From Andalucia godoyi And28 (Eukaryota > Protista > Jakobida), in the NCBI GenBank assembly GCA_009859145.1, contig VRVR01000042.1, positions 85,384 to 149,383 of the forward strand: a stretch of DNA of 64,000 nt, read 5' to 3'. Shown here in pieces: positions 44,107-54,730 of this stretch. The notes below the pieces were generated by a model that saw nothing but the letters and a program-made list of their open reading frames with translations, did not search any database and had not been told where the DNA came from. The translations under genes were made by a program, and so were the position numbers. Every line of letters starts with the position of its first letter. The first letter of the stretch is position 1.

Positions 44107-44256
44107 TTAGCAGCCAGTGTCCAGCAGCGCACCGCATTGCTGGCATCTCTTTTCAGGCTTTCCCAAACAGCAGCTACAGCGAACATGTGCAAACGAGAGA
44201 AAAAAAGTTATTATAAAGCGTCAGCAACACCCTACCACACGAAGAAAAAACAAACA

Positions 44257-44345
<89 letters not shown>

Positions 44346-44761
44346 GCATACATGAGACCGCAAGGAAAGCTGCAGGAAAAATAGAATATCGATAGAAACA
44401 GGTAATGTACATAGACGAGTTAGCACACACACAGCCAGTCAGATAGACAGACAGACAGACGGACGGATGGACGATAACACTGTAGACAGTATTCAAAGGA
44501 GACATACCATAAGACTGCCGTGGTGATTCCGCAGCAAGTGAAGGACTCGTGGATAATTTGGTGAGGGCACATGCCGCCATAGAGGACCGGCTGCACTGGA
44601 TACATCGGAGAGCCCATAAGCGGGGTTCCCTGGTGATAGGTTGTCTGTGGTCCTGGCGCATTGTAAATCGGACCCGAGGCAGGCGGAGCACCACCACCAG
44701 TCGCAGCATAACTGTTGTTGGTCTGGTACTGCGAAGAAGAGTCGTAGTAAGGAGCAGACAT
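44107..44761 (-). CDS. BRI3: Brain protein I3 (BRI3) family membrane protein; join of 44508..44761, 44352..44369, 44107..44173
   Basis: Donors GTATGT (44507) and GTATGC (44351), acceptors CTGCAG (44370) and CTGTAG (44174), branch-like GCTAAC in intron 1. Splicing gives MSAPYY..(P/Y-rich)..CPH..HESFTCCGITTAVLC-FPCGLI-CCLGKPEKRCQQCGALLDTGC*. Confidence 0.85.
44259..44342. repeat. (GA)~42 microsatellite inside BRI3 intron 2
   Basis: Directly visible. Confidence 0.97.
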
Positions 44762-45828
44762 TCGTGCAGATGTGTTTATAATTTTAAATTTAGAAAACAA
44801 CTCTAAACACCACCACCAACAATAGAATCCAATACTGTATCGGATCAAAAACAGACGCTTCCTTTATCAAAAAAAAGAGACTCCGAAGGCCTGAAAGAAT
44901 GGAAAAGGCAAACTCCCGACGCCCAAAGTTTCCCCGCGACTTGCGGAATTCCCGACCGAACCGGAATTTGGGGTTACGGCAGGTTCGATCAAAGGCTGCA
45001 TGTTGGCCCTCAGCATGTGATGTATATAATAAGAGAAAAGACATCATCTCAGCATCTTTGAAATGCACGAAAAATAATAATAATAGTGATAGATCTCGCC
45101 AAAGACCTCTTTATGAATCGGAATTTCCTTCATCACAACCGAGAATCACTTGATCATCCTCAGGAGAAGAGACCTCTGGACAATGGATCCCAAAGGATTG
45201 CCCAAGTTTCCGCCGCATGACTCTGATAAGATCTCCTGCAAGATCAGTTGACGTGTGGTTTTTGTTGTGTCGGACGATCCAAACATCCCAAGCATGCACA
45301 TTGTTTTTAGAGTGTATCATATACGTAATCAGAGAGTCCCGCCGGAGAGTAGTCGATGCTAATGCAATGTAATCCGACTGCAGGATAGCCGATTTCATCG
45401 CTTGCATGACCTGCTCATGTTCGCGATCCAATAGCGTTTCCGACACGCGACAATTGGAGAGTGGCAAGTTTCGAAACCGCAGCCGAGGATTTGGCATCGA
45501 GGATTGCGGTAATGATTGTGCGATGCAGTCGTATATGAAAGCGTGAAAAAGAATCTGCTGGTATTATGACGTCTCACTGGAACTGCCTTTTATGAAGGTT
45601 CACACTGCTTCACTGCCAATCATGGTAGTATCCCGTGGAACAAAACCCAATCGTTGATCAACTTCCCTCATCAAATACCATGTTGGACAACACATTGGCC
45701 ACGAGGGCTTGCTGAACGCATGTCTTTCCGGTTTTTTCTCTTCCTCTTTTCTGTTCCTCCCTCCTCTTCTCTCTTTTCTGTTCCTCAATTTAGACAACGT
45801 AAAACAAACGAACAACACAGCAAACACT

Positions 45829-46125
45829 ATGAACCGAGCAGCAGCAATCTGTCGTCGATTTTCTTCGAGCACTTCGTCCTCGATGCCATTGGGTATGCAA
45901 AGTCGTGCCCAACAACCCTTCAGTCCTCGCCGAACTTCATTCTCCGGACCGTCGACTTCGAACATCGGCACGCAAAGCGAGTCATCATCTCCCATGCGCC
46001 GGTCGCCGTCTGCGTCTGATCAGGATGCCATGCGCAAGAACTATCAGGTGTTGAGGAATCTTGGAGGCCAGTGGTTGTGGCCCAATGAATGGCGCACCCC
46101 ACAATACACAAGTGAACTGCACTAA
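45829..46125 (+). CDS. Small orphan protein, possible mitochondrial presequence (98 aa)
   Basis: MNRAAAICRRFSSS start, preceded by an A/C-rich leader like other genes here; C-terminal NLGGQWLWPNEWRTPQY. Confidence 0.5.
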   Translation: MNRAAAICRRFSSSTSSSMPLGMQSRAQQPFSPRRTSFSGPSTSNIGTQSESSSPMRRSPSASDQDAMRKNYQVLRNLGGQWLWPNEWRTPQYTSELH

Positions 46126-46295
46126 TATTCACAACAATGAGGAAAGGGCGGTTTTCTTCATCGTTTTTTCCCTCCGACTGTGGACACAGACACATGTGTA
46201 CAGGTGTATCATAAACGCAGCCCAAAAGCAAGTTCAGCCCAAGAGCGGTTTAAAAACATAAATAAAAAACAGAATGACAAACGCTCTTGTGTCGG

Positions 46296-47375
46296 CTATT
46301 GGGCACCTGAAGCTGCTGTTGGTTTGTCCAGCTCGGAAGCATCCTGGCGGGGCTTCTGGGACGTCGCTGCAGCGTCCTTTGGAAGAGTCGGTGGTCTGAA
46401 TCGCGGATCCGGTTTCGCTGCTAGCTCGCGATAATCCACCATGAACTTCTCCCAGACGGATCCGTTCACAAAGTTACCTCCCAGAGTGACACACAGCTGA
46501 TCCATCCGCGCCGTGTGCCACCATCCCGACGGAATAAACAACACCTCACCAGGCTGCAACACGCATTCTATTCGTGTGGCTTTCGCAAACAACGGAAACT
46601 TCATCAAATCAACGTTATCCGGGTCCAGGATGCTCGACAACAAGGGCTTGTTACCGTAACCGGGATACAGGAATGCCGTGTCGGATGGTGCCCAAAAAAT
46701 GAAGCGCTTGGATCCATAGATCTGAGCAGACCAGGCGTGCGTGTTGCATACGTCCACGTGAATGAATGGGAACTCAGACCCAGCAGACCCAATGAACATT
46801 TCGCACCACTCCTTCCACGCTTTCGGAAACTGAATGACTTCCTTTGCAGGATTATGTTCGTCCGTCATCCAATTCGGACCAAAAATATGCGGTGGAAAAC
46901 AACAGCACTTGTCCTTCTTTTCCAGCAGCCCTGGAAACACATTCGACACATGGCAATTGCGAAAATACGGAACATGGGCCTTGCATGCAGCGTGCGGTGC
47001 CTGTGATGGTGCAGCAGTCGTTTCTGATCCAGAATTCGTGCTACTGCTTCTTCCTCCTCTTCTCCCTTTCAATTCTTCTTTTGCACGTAACTTCTCTGCC
47101 TTCACCCGATTTTCCTCCAATTCTTCGAGGCTCTTCAGGAAAGTCTTAAATTCGACTTGCCTTTCATGACACGTGCCGAGATCCACACGCACCGCTTCCT
47201 TTCCAACCTTCTTCTTGAGGAACTTTGGAGTCCACTTCATCGGGATCTGGCTATGCATGTTTGTCAGAATGCACGGCCGATTTGCGCACACGTATCGCTC
47301 GTAGAGTTCCCGCTGCGTAACACTCCTTCCATCAATTCGATCCACCATGCTGAACCACTGATGCCCTCCCGCCAC
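46296..47375 (-). CDS. JmjC-domain (cupin-like) 2-oxoglutarate/Fe(II) oxygenase
   Basis: RPCILTN, FIGSAGSEFPFIHVD (HxD), GSKRFIFW, LQPGEVLFIPSGWWH, GGNFVN. Confidence 0.93.
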   Translation of the reverse strand: MAGGHQWFSMVDRIDGRSVTQRELYERYVCANRPCILTNMHSQIPMKWTPKFLKKKVGKEAVRVDLGTCHERQVEFKTFLKSLEELEENRVKAEKLRAKEELKGRRGGRSSSTNSGSETTAAPSQAPHAACKAHVPYFRNCHVSNVFPGLLEKKDKCCCFPPHIFGPNWMTDEHNPAKEVIQFPKAWKEWCEMFIGSAGSEFPFIHVDVCNTHAWSAQIYGSKRFIFWAPSDTAFLYPGYGNKPLLSSILDPDNVDLMKFPLFAKATRIECVLQPGEVLFIPSGWWHTARMDQLCVTLGGNFVNGSVWEKFMVDYRELAAKPDPRFRPPTLPKDAAATSQKPRQDASELDKPTAASGAQ

Positions 47376-48108
47376 TGCAATCGAACCCTTCTTTATATCT
47401 TGTTGGGAAAAACACAGAGAAGAATGGCTTCCCTTTTCTTTCGCCTCAGCGGGGGAATGTTTTCCTCAATCGGGTATTTTCTTGCTATTTCGGGAATCCC
47501 TAGCTTTCTACAGTTGTTTGTTTTCTGTAGCGGCACCCCCCCCCTTCTGCGACCATCACCCGGAAGCATCATGTGATGCTGGGGGTGCGGGCCGCCCACC
47601 GCGGAGTATGGGTAGAACCTGGCGTTGGGAAAAACGAAGAGGGACTCTGGGCACGCTCAGCGGCCAAATAAATAAAACGCCCCAAAAATGCTGAACCAGC
47701 AGCGCTCACTCTCGATCCTCTAAATCCTCGGTTTTGTTGGTTGTTGGTTGTTGTTTTGCTGTTTTGGTTTTTGGTTTTTGGATCTTTTTATTCATTCTTG
47801 TTTGGAAAGATTGGTTTTTTTAATTTAAAAAAGTTGCTTTTTGTTTCTCACAGGTTCTCTTTTCTCTCTCTCCGCAACGGATACACACGCTCGCACATAG
47901 TTTCAGAAAGAAAAAAAAAAGGAGACTGCAAGCATTGAAAAAAGAAAAGAAATTACGAAGACAAACGCTCCTGGAGGTCCTTTTCTTTTCTTTTCTTCTA
48001 TTTAGGACGGGAGGTGAGGTTTTTAAAATTTTGGGATTGATTAATTGATTGTTGTGTGTGTGTGTGTGTGTGCCCGATTGCTGAGTGCGCGTGTGCTTCC
48101 ATTGTACT

Positions 48109-51100
48109 ATGAATTCGAATAACAACGGCGGCAACGGCACTACGAATGGTAATGGCAGCAATCTCGGTGGGAATGGAGGAGGAGCCCCTCGGTCTGTTTT
48201 GACTCCGCTGATGTTCACGGAGCCTCCGGGAACGCCCACTTCGAACAACAGCATCAGTGGCAATGCTACGAATGGTCAGCACTACGATGACTACGACGCT
48301 CCAGCACCGCTTCCTCCAATGTTGAGTGCTCAAAAGTTTGCCAACATGAATGGCAAGTCAAATATGAATGGGTCCATGATGATGCGAGTCGGACCGTCGC
48401 AGCCGATGCAGTCTCCGTTGCTGCAGATTCCGGGCGGTTCGATGTACGGCGGCCATCCACTGCTTCTTCCGAGACCACCGCCACGGGTTGAGGATGATGA
48501 AATCGCAAGACTTGAGAAGGCCAGGTTGCAGAGAAGAGCTCGACAAATGCAGCGCACCTCGTGTGTGATCACCACCTTTCTGGTCCTGCAAGGGATCATT
48601 CTTCTTGGAGTCCTCGGCCTTACTGTGTACTTGTCCTATTACATGCTCCGCGAAAAGTTCATTCCGGGCTCGCTGACTGTGGATGGCGATCTGACTGTGA
48701 CAGGATCGTTCCAGACCAAAGGACAGGCTTCGCAAATCGTCACGTCCTATGTACAGTCCTCCGGCCCGGTTTCTGCCACGGGACTCGTGTCCGTTGCAAG
48801 TTCGTCAACCGGGTCTGGTGCTGTTTCGCTTCCTGGCGCCGTGTCCATCACGGGCCTTTCTACGGGTACGAGTTCGACTGCGGCGGGTGGAATGTCTGTC
48901 AAGATTGGGACCGCAACATTGTTTAACGGGACTACCTCGAACATGCGTGTACAGGTCCCTTTAACGATTGATGGAAAAGTAACGACGTCAGGATCGGTCA
49001 CAGGCGCGCAGGGGTTTGTCTTCACCTCCTCAGATAGTATCAGTGCTTTTGCAGCAGTCGGTGACAGCGATGGTACAAGCGCGAGTGGCTCCCCTGGTTC
49101 GGTTTCAACGAGCTCCAAATCATCTGGGATATCCACTTTGGCTGTTTCCAAAACAACGAATGTTGTCCTTTCTAATGGGCTGTTTGCCGTGTATCGAGAT
49201 GGAATTCCCGTTTTCACAGTCGGAGACAACATCACGATTTCTCCGCTGACTCCGACATCGTTCAATGGCGTGTCTGTATACTTCCAGAAGGTGGAAACAG
49301 ACAATCTCAGGATCATGGGAAGCACAGTCGAGACACTCAACAACCAACCGCTCACGCTCCGATCCGATCGCACTGTCTATGTCCAGGGATCCTCCGTCAA
49401 TGTGTCGTGTCCGATGAATGTGAATGATCAAGACATTGATGCTGTCAGACGGCTGTCCATCACGTACTTGCAGTCTCGGTCGTCGCCGTCCTGGTCCGGG
49501 TCGATTATGGTAGATTCCCCGCTGTTGTTCTCCTCCAGTGTGTCCGGAATTACTTCTTCGACCACTGGAACATACGACGTTAAGACTGTGGATACACCGA
49601 AGCCCGCGGATCAAACCGGCACAAACCCCGGCGATAATGCGGTGACGGCGGGGTCTCTTCGTTTCACTTCCGGAACAGGTGGTGTGGGAGGGCGCTCTGG
49701 TCCTGGACCTGCTGCTCGCGGTGGCGACGGCGGCTCCGGTGGTTCTCTGGTGTTTCAAGCAGGAAACGGCGGCGATGGTGGCACCGGAACCGATACAATC
49801 TGCGGAAACGGAGGAAACGGAGGCAATGTCATGTTCTTTACGGGTGCTCCCGGTTTGCGTGGATGTGCCAATGCTACCGGAAAGTCTTCATCGCAAGGTG
49901 ATTATGGAAGGTTTGTGATTCGTTCGCGTTCCTCGTATACTGATACGGTTCTTCGCATTATGGCTTATTCAGGTACTGGTGGTAATCTCAATCCGCAAGC
50001 TGCTGTCATTGAGTTCGATGATGAAGCATCTGTTTCCAACCGCGCATATTTCAACGTTCGCGTGATTCCAGCGACTGCAAATGCGATCTTCTCCGTTCGT
50101 GCAAACACACTTCCCTTGATCAACGCTCTTCCGAACGGTAACGTGTACATTCCCTCTGGATTATTGATTGTGAACACTTCCATGGTCGTCGGTTCTGCTA
50201 CATCCGAGCTTCGCGTGACTGCCAATGCCGTCTACATCGCTGGAAATGCTGCTGTCGCGGCGACGAGTTCCGCCGTGATGCTCGCAAATGCAGTCATCAC
50301 TGTCGACACCGTGACCTCCGGAGTTGCCATCACTTCGCAGAATGTGACGTATTCCCAGTCTCTTGTCAGTGTGACCCCTTCTACGGTGACGGTTGCCGGC
50401 GCGATGCCAAAGACGGTGTACGCTGGATCGCTGTTTGATTCGTCAAACTCCGCGTCCCTTGTTTACTCTACTTCTTCACGTGCGTTCACAATTGGAAATC
50501 GTGTCGGAGGCACCCTTCTGTCGACCATGGTCATGTACTCGGATGGGGCTGTGGAATTGAATTCGATTTCTCGTGTGATTGTATCTTCCCCGATTGTCGT
50601 GATGAACACTCCGCAGATGGTGCTGAACACCACCTCTACTGCAGGTTTGGCGTTTGAAACTTCTGGAATTCGGCGACAAGACAGTAGTTTCACCGTGGAC
50701 TTTGACAATCGGCGCATCGTCTCTGCTTCAACGTTTGGACTCATCACGCAAGGTGGCCTCATGGATTTCAGTTCTTCCGCTGGCTTCCGCTTCACTGATC
50801 CCTCTCGCTCCGGTTTGACAATCGATTCAGTGGTGATGGGGTCTGGAATGCGTCTGAATTTGACTGATGCATCTTTGGAATTAGTCGGCTCTGTTCGTTC
50901 TTTCTTGGAGTTTCGCTCGCTGTCTCGGTTTGCTTCAAACCTGCAGGCGATGCAAAATGTTACGTTCCCATCGTCTGCCTCTCATTTCCACGTTGACGGT
51001 AATGATGCACAGTTGAATACAGACACGGCACGCGTGGACATGTCTAACGGCATCCGGCTGTCAACCCCCGCATCGACGATGAACGTGAATCTCTCATTGT

Positions 51101-52527
51101 ACACATACCAGCTGCAGATTGAAACACAGGCAGGAGTGCAGTTCATGTCGTCCGCCACCTCCAGGCTCATATTCCCCAACTCGGCGCAAATTGACTTTTC
51201 GACTGTGAACCCATCCATCTCTTTCCAGTCTGCTTCGTCGTTCATCCGACTCGGCGATTTGGTTCTTCGTCATACGAATGGTGATGCGGCAATTCTCCGA
51301 AACAATGCGGATTCCTTGCGTGTTTCCTTTTCAACCTCTCGAATTGACTCTGCTGCGAGCACGAATCTCACACTGTACTCGGAGAACTCGTTTGTCTCGG
51401 TGGATGCATATAATGGTCTCAAGCTATCAGGCCGCTCCGGCATCGGAATGTCCAATCAGATTTCAAGCACGGTTTCTACGCTTGTTGTTGACTTCCATCC
51501 ATTCCTTCCCCGCATATCCACGACTTCCGCCCAAGGTCTGGTGATCTCTGGAGGTGGAAACCTTTCCTTGCAGTCCTCGTCGTTCCAGAGCGAGTTTTTC
51601 ATTGGCAGCACGTTGCGCATGCTCACAGGTGTGGGATCCACGGTATTTGAAGTGAACCCGACTGCCGGTGCGTTTACGTTTGGAACGGCCGCCGCCTCTG
51701 CTGGCATGCTGTCATTCTCGGTAAGTCCTACGGCTGGCGCATCGATTTCGTACACTCGACCCAGCAGCGCGTCGTTGAATGTGCTCAATATCGAAAATGT
51801 TGCTGGTTCTGGAGGTCTCATTCGCTTCAACACCTTAACGGGCTTGTACATTGGCTCCGCGACGCCGACGCAAGCAACATCACCGACAACCTTCATGGGT
51901 ACTCATCTTTTGATCGACTTTGGGTCCAATGCGGCAGTAAGCGCGTTTTCAGGTCGTCTAACGCTGTACGGCGATTCCGCGCTTTCATTGAAGGTTGGAA
52001 ACCGTGGTCACGAATTGATCGTCAACGCTCCCGTCTCTGGTGGCAATGTCGTTGTCAACACGCCGTCGGATATGAGTCTCGTTGTGACGACTGGCTCTGC
52101 GTTCAACGACACAGCAACCCGTGCCCCGTCTGTCACCGTGCAAGGTGGCGAGCACCAGGGATCTCTCATTTCCAACTATGGAGGCGACGTTGTAATTGTT
52201 GGCGGTAAGGGTAAGACTGGCGGTGATGCGTATCTGCTTGGAGGACAAGGTACCGTGGGATCCGCAGGTAATGTTATCGTCGGATCGGATGGTCAGAAGG
52301 TCCAGCTGGCTCGCATGTTCTTCGTCGATCCTGTGAACGGGCTGCAGTCGGTTGTTCCCCCGTGTACCGGTGCCCCTGTCGCGGATGGTGGGGCCAATGC
52401 CCTTAACACCTTCACCAACGCAAACGCCAGAATTCTTGCGACTCTGTGCTTTGACACCACCAGCGGAACGATTAAGATGAGCCGATATCAGTGCGGTCCT
52501 TCGCGTAACGTCAACACATGTTTGTAA
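48109..52527 (+). CDS. ~1472-aa type II membrane protein with a beta-rich, tail-fibre/trimeric-adhesin-like ectodomain
   Basis: Asn/Pro-rich N-terminus, single TM (CVITTFLVLQGIILLGVLGLTVYLSYY), GSLTVDGDLTVTG-type repeats, Gly-rich GxGGxGG blocks, Cys-containing C-terminus with TLCFDTTSGTIK; intronless. Confidence 0.85.
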   Translation: MNSNNNGGNGTTNGNGSNLGGNGGGAPRSVLTPLMFTEPPGTPTSNNSISGNATNGQHYDDYDAPAPLPPMLSAQKFANMNGKSNMNGSMMMRVGPSQPMQSPLLQIPGGSMYGGHPLLLPRPPPRVEDDEIARLEKARLQRRARQMQRTSCVITTFLVLQGIILLGVLGLTVYLSYYMLREKFIPGSLTVDGDLTVTGSFQTKGQASQIVTSYVQSSGPVSATGLVSVASSSTGSGAVSLPGAVSITGLSTGTSSTAAGGMSVKIGTATLFNGTTSNMRVQVPLTIDGKVTTSGSVTGAQGFVFTSSDSISAFAAVGDSDGTSASGSPGSVSTSSKSSGISTLAVSKTTNVVLSNGLFAVYRDGIPVFTVGDNITISPLTPTSFNGVSVYFQKVETDNLRIMGSTVETLNNQPLTLRSDRTVYVQGSSVNVSCPMNVNDQDIDAVRRLSITYLQSRSSPSWSGSIMVDSPLLFSSSVSGITSSTTGTYDVKTVDTPKPADQTGTNPGDNAVTAGSLRFTSGTGGVGGRSGPGPAARGGDGGSGGSLVFQAGNGGDGGTGTDTICGNGGNGGNVMFFTGAPGLRGCANATGKSSSQGDYGRFVIRSRSSYTDTVLRIMAYSGTGGNLNPQAAVIEFDDEASVSNRAYFNVRVIPATANAIFSVRANTLPLINALPNGNVYIPSGLLIVNTSMVVGSATSELRVTANAVYIAGNAAVAATSSAVMLANAVITVDTVTSGVAITSQNVTYSQSLVSVTPSTVTVAGAMPKTVYAGSLFDSSNSASLVYSTSSRAFTIGNRVGGTLLSTMVMYSDGAVELNSISRVIVSSPIVVMNTPQMVLNTTSTAGLAFETSGIRRQDSSFTVDFDNRRIVSASTFGLITQGGLMDFSSSAGFRFTDPSRSGLTIDSVVMGSGMRLNLTDASLELVGSVRSFLEFRSLSRFASNLQAMQNVTFPSSASHFHVDGNDAQLNTDTARVDMSNGIRLSTPASTMNVNLSLYTYQLQIETQAGVQFMSSATSRLIFPNSAQIDFSTVNPSISFQSASSFIRLGDLVLRHTNGDAAILRNNADSLRVSFSTSRIDSAASTNLTLYSENSFVSVDAYNGLKLSGRSGIGMSNQISSTVSTLVVDFHPFLPRISTTSAQGLVISGGGNLSLQSSSFQSEFFIGSTLRMLTGVGSTVFEVNPTAGAFTFGTAAASAGMLSFSVSPTAGASISYTRPSSASLNVLNIENVAGSGGLIRFNTLTGLYIGSATPTQATSPTTFMGTHLLIDFGSNAAVSAFSGRLTLYGDSALSLKVGNRGHELIVNAPVSGGNVVVNTPSDMSLVVTTGSAFNDTATRAPSVTVQGGEHQGSLISNYGGDVVIVGGKGKTGGDAYLLGGQGTVGSAGNVIVGSDGQKVQLARMFFVDPVNGLQSVVPPCTGAPVADGGANALNTFTNANARILATLCFDTTSGTIKMSRYQCGPSRNVNTCL

Positions 52528-52877
52528 TCGGTAGTGTCATTTTGGGGAAAATGTTATGTCTCCCATGGTGGGGTTTTCTTCTGTGTATCCTGTGTATCTT
52601 TTCCTTCCTGTTGAATGTTTATTGTCAAGAAGGCTTTCGTGTGAGAGCGTTTTTTCTTTCTTTCTCGTGTATTCGTTTACGATGTCAATTTTTGTTTGTT
52701 TGTTTTGAAAGTCTGATGTGCTGTCGAAGACCTGTACATATTAGGCGTACACGTAAATCGCATATCGAGGACCGACCGCTCACGCATCCGCATTTCACCC
52801 TTTGGGCACGCAACCATTTCCCCACCATCCTTCCCAACCTAGAATGTAAAGTGACAATGGGCAACCGACAAGCGGCA

Positions 52878-54398
52878 TTACTCAATCTCGCAACGAACCA
52901 AGAATACGCACACCGCATCACGGACGACAGCACAGAATCTTCTCCAGGAGTTCGTCTCGTGTCGCTCGAGTCCTAACCATGGGGCCCATAAATTCAAATC
53001 TGCCATGACGTCAACGAACGACGTAAGAAGCTCTGCATTTGACAGTGCAAGACGGTCCACACACGGTTCGGCGACCTTTTCATAGATGTCAACCCACAGA
53101 TCCCGCACTTCTTTCTCGGAGCCAAGCTGGCTGCCAATTTGGATCAGCGCTTTCAGGACTGTCGCGACACGGTCTATCCGTTCGAAGACCTTGGGGGAGT
53201 GGAGATTCGGGCGTGTGGAAAGTGCACGACGAAGTACATTTCGGAGCCGGACGTCCACAACAACCTTTGTGCGGAGTGTGATAAGAGATTCGACGAGACC
53301 CGGGTCAAAGCCAACAAACGGCTTTTCTCTCGATGTCGTTTCCAGATCTTCAAAATCCGATTCAGAAGATTGGGAGTCAGTCGTTTTCGGGTATTGATGA
53401 GCATCGTCTTCATCGTCTCCCGTGTGATTAGAAGACGTGGGTGCAATGGGAAACGCAGAAGGCGGCGCTGACGGCAACTGGGATGACAGCGGGCCGAGGT
53501 TGTCCAGAACCTCGTTCTCACCAACATTCGCAGACCCTGCAGGACGCATGGCGGTGAATCGGGACCCGAGCTGCTCTACTGGTGTTGGATTTGAGGGCGA
53601 GTTCCTGTCATTGGAACCTTCGTCGGGCGCGTCCACGACTGGGAATTCGTAAGATCTGCAGTGATCGCAGTCCGAAGAGCCATAGGACATTTCAAATGGC
53701 GTGTGTTCCATCCAATGGTGCATGATCGACGACGCAAGAAACGTCCAATCTGCGAACGTCATCCCTGCGAATCGTTTTTTGTGGCATTCAAATCGGTGCG
53801 AGGAGAACAGAATCATTGTAGCGTACGGAAGCGCATCTTGCGGGTCCAGCAGAAACCCCGAAGCAATGCGAGTAACCAGCGACTTGCTTCCATCCACATC
53901 AAACAACACTGCCGAAGGTGTCGACACCGATATGGCAGCAGGAGCGACCCCAAACTGGTTGTGGCCCCCGAACAGCGGTGGTTTTTCCTCACCCTCAACA
54001 GCCGCACCGTCGAGCGACGGAGTCCCCAACATTGCACCTTCCGGAAGTCCTGCGCCGTCATCCTTCTCAAACACTATATAATCATGGACCTTTCGAATGT
54101 TGTCGAAAATTCGGTGCTTTGGATACTGTTTTGGCTTTCTTCCCAAATACTCCAAAAGCATCGTTTGCAAAGCCTGGTCGCGAAGTGAAAAGTATGCCTG
54201 AACCATCGCAACCGCAACCTGTTGCGTGATCGCGCACTTCAAAAGGTACTTCCGCGGTCTCGAAAACAGCGTTGGCTCCAATGCCGCAAATTGAGGCATT
54301 GAGTACGGATCAGATAGCTGAAGCCACGATAAAAACATTGGTCGGTGTATTGGAAACCTGTGTGCATACAGTGTTCCATTGTCTATTCGAAGCGCCAT
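52878..54398 (-). CDS. FIBP: Acidic FGF intracellular-binding protein (FIBP) homolog
   Basis: IASGFLLDPQDALPYATMILFSSHRFECHKKRFAGMTFADW and LKALIQIGSQLGSEKEVRDLWVDIYEKVAEPC match FIBP conserved blocks. Confidence 0.85.
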   Translation of the reverse strand: MALRIDNGTLYAHRFPIHRPMFLSWLQLSDPYSMPQFAALEPTLFSRPRKYLLKCAITQQVAVAMVQAYFSLRDQALQTMLLEYLGRKPKQYPKHRIFDNIRKVHDYIVFEKDDGAGLPEGAMLGTPSLDGAAVEGEEKPPLFGGHNQFGVAPAAISVSTPSAVLFDVDGSKSLVTRIASGFLLDPQDALPYATMILFSSHRFECHKKRFAGMTFADWTFLASSIMHHWMEHTPFEMSYGSSDCDHCRSYEFPVVDAPDEGSNDRNSPSNPTPVEQLGSRFTAMRPAGSANVGENEVLDNLGPLSSQLPSAPPSAFPIAPTSSNHTGDDEDDAHQYPKTTDSQSSESDFEDLETTSREKPFVGFDPGLVESLITLRTKVVVDVRLRNVLRRALSTRPNLHSPKVFERIDRVATVLKALIQIGSQLGSEKEVRDLWVDIYEKVAEPCVDRLALSNAELLTSFVDVMADLNLWAPWLGLERHETNSWRRFCAVVRDAVCVFLVRCEIE

Positions 54399-54730
54399 AA
54401 TTCTCGTTTCCCCTTGGTTTCCTCCCTTGTAAACGACGTATACTACGCTAAAACAGTTCTGCTATCTCTGTAAGCAAGTTGAACCACTTTCCTTCCTTCT
54501 TTTTTCACATGTACAACATACTCGACAATTAAAGAAGAAGAAGAATAACAACAACAACAACAACAAGAAGAAGATTGAATGAAACCCTATTTAGCCCAAA
54601 CTCACTTTCCACGCAAGTACCGTACTGAGTACGGCTGGCAGCTATGTGTATCAACATTGAGCATCAAAACAATACGATTTTTTTTACCGTTACCGCTCAT
54701 TGCGATACGATGAAGCAGTCTAAAGCGCAC

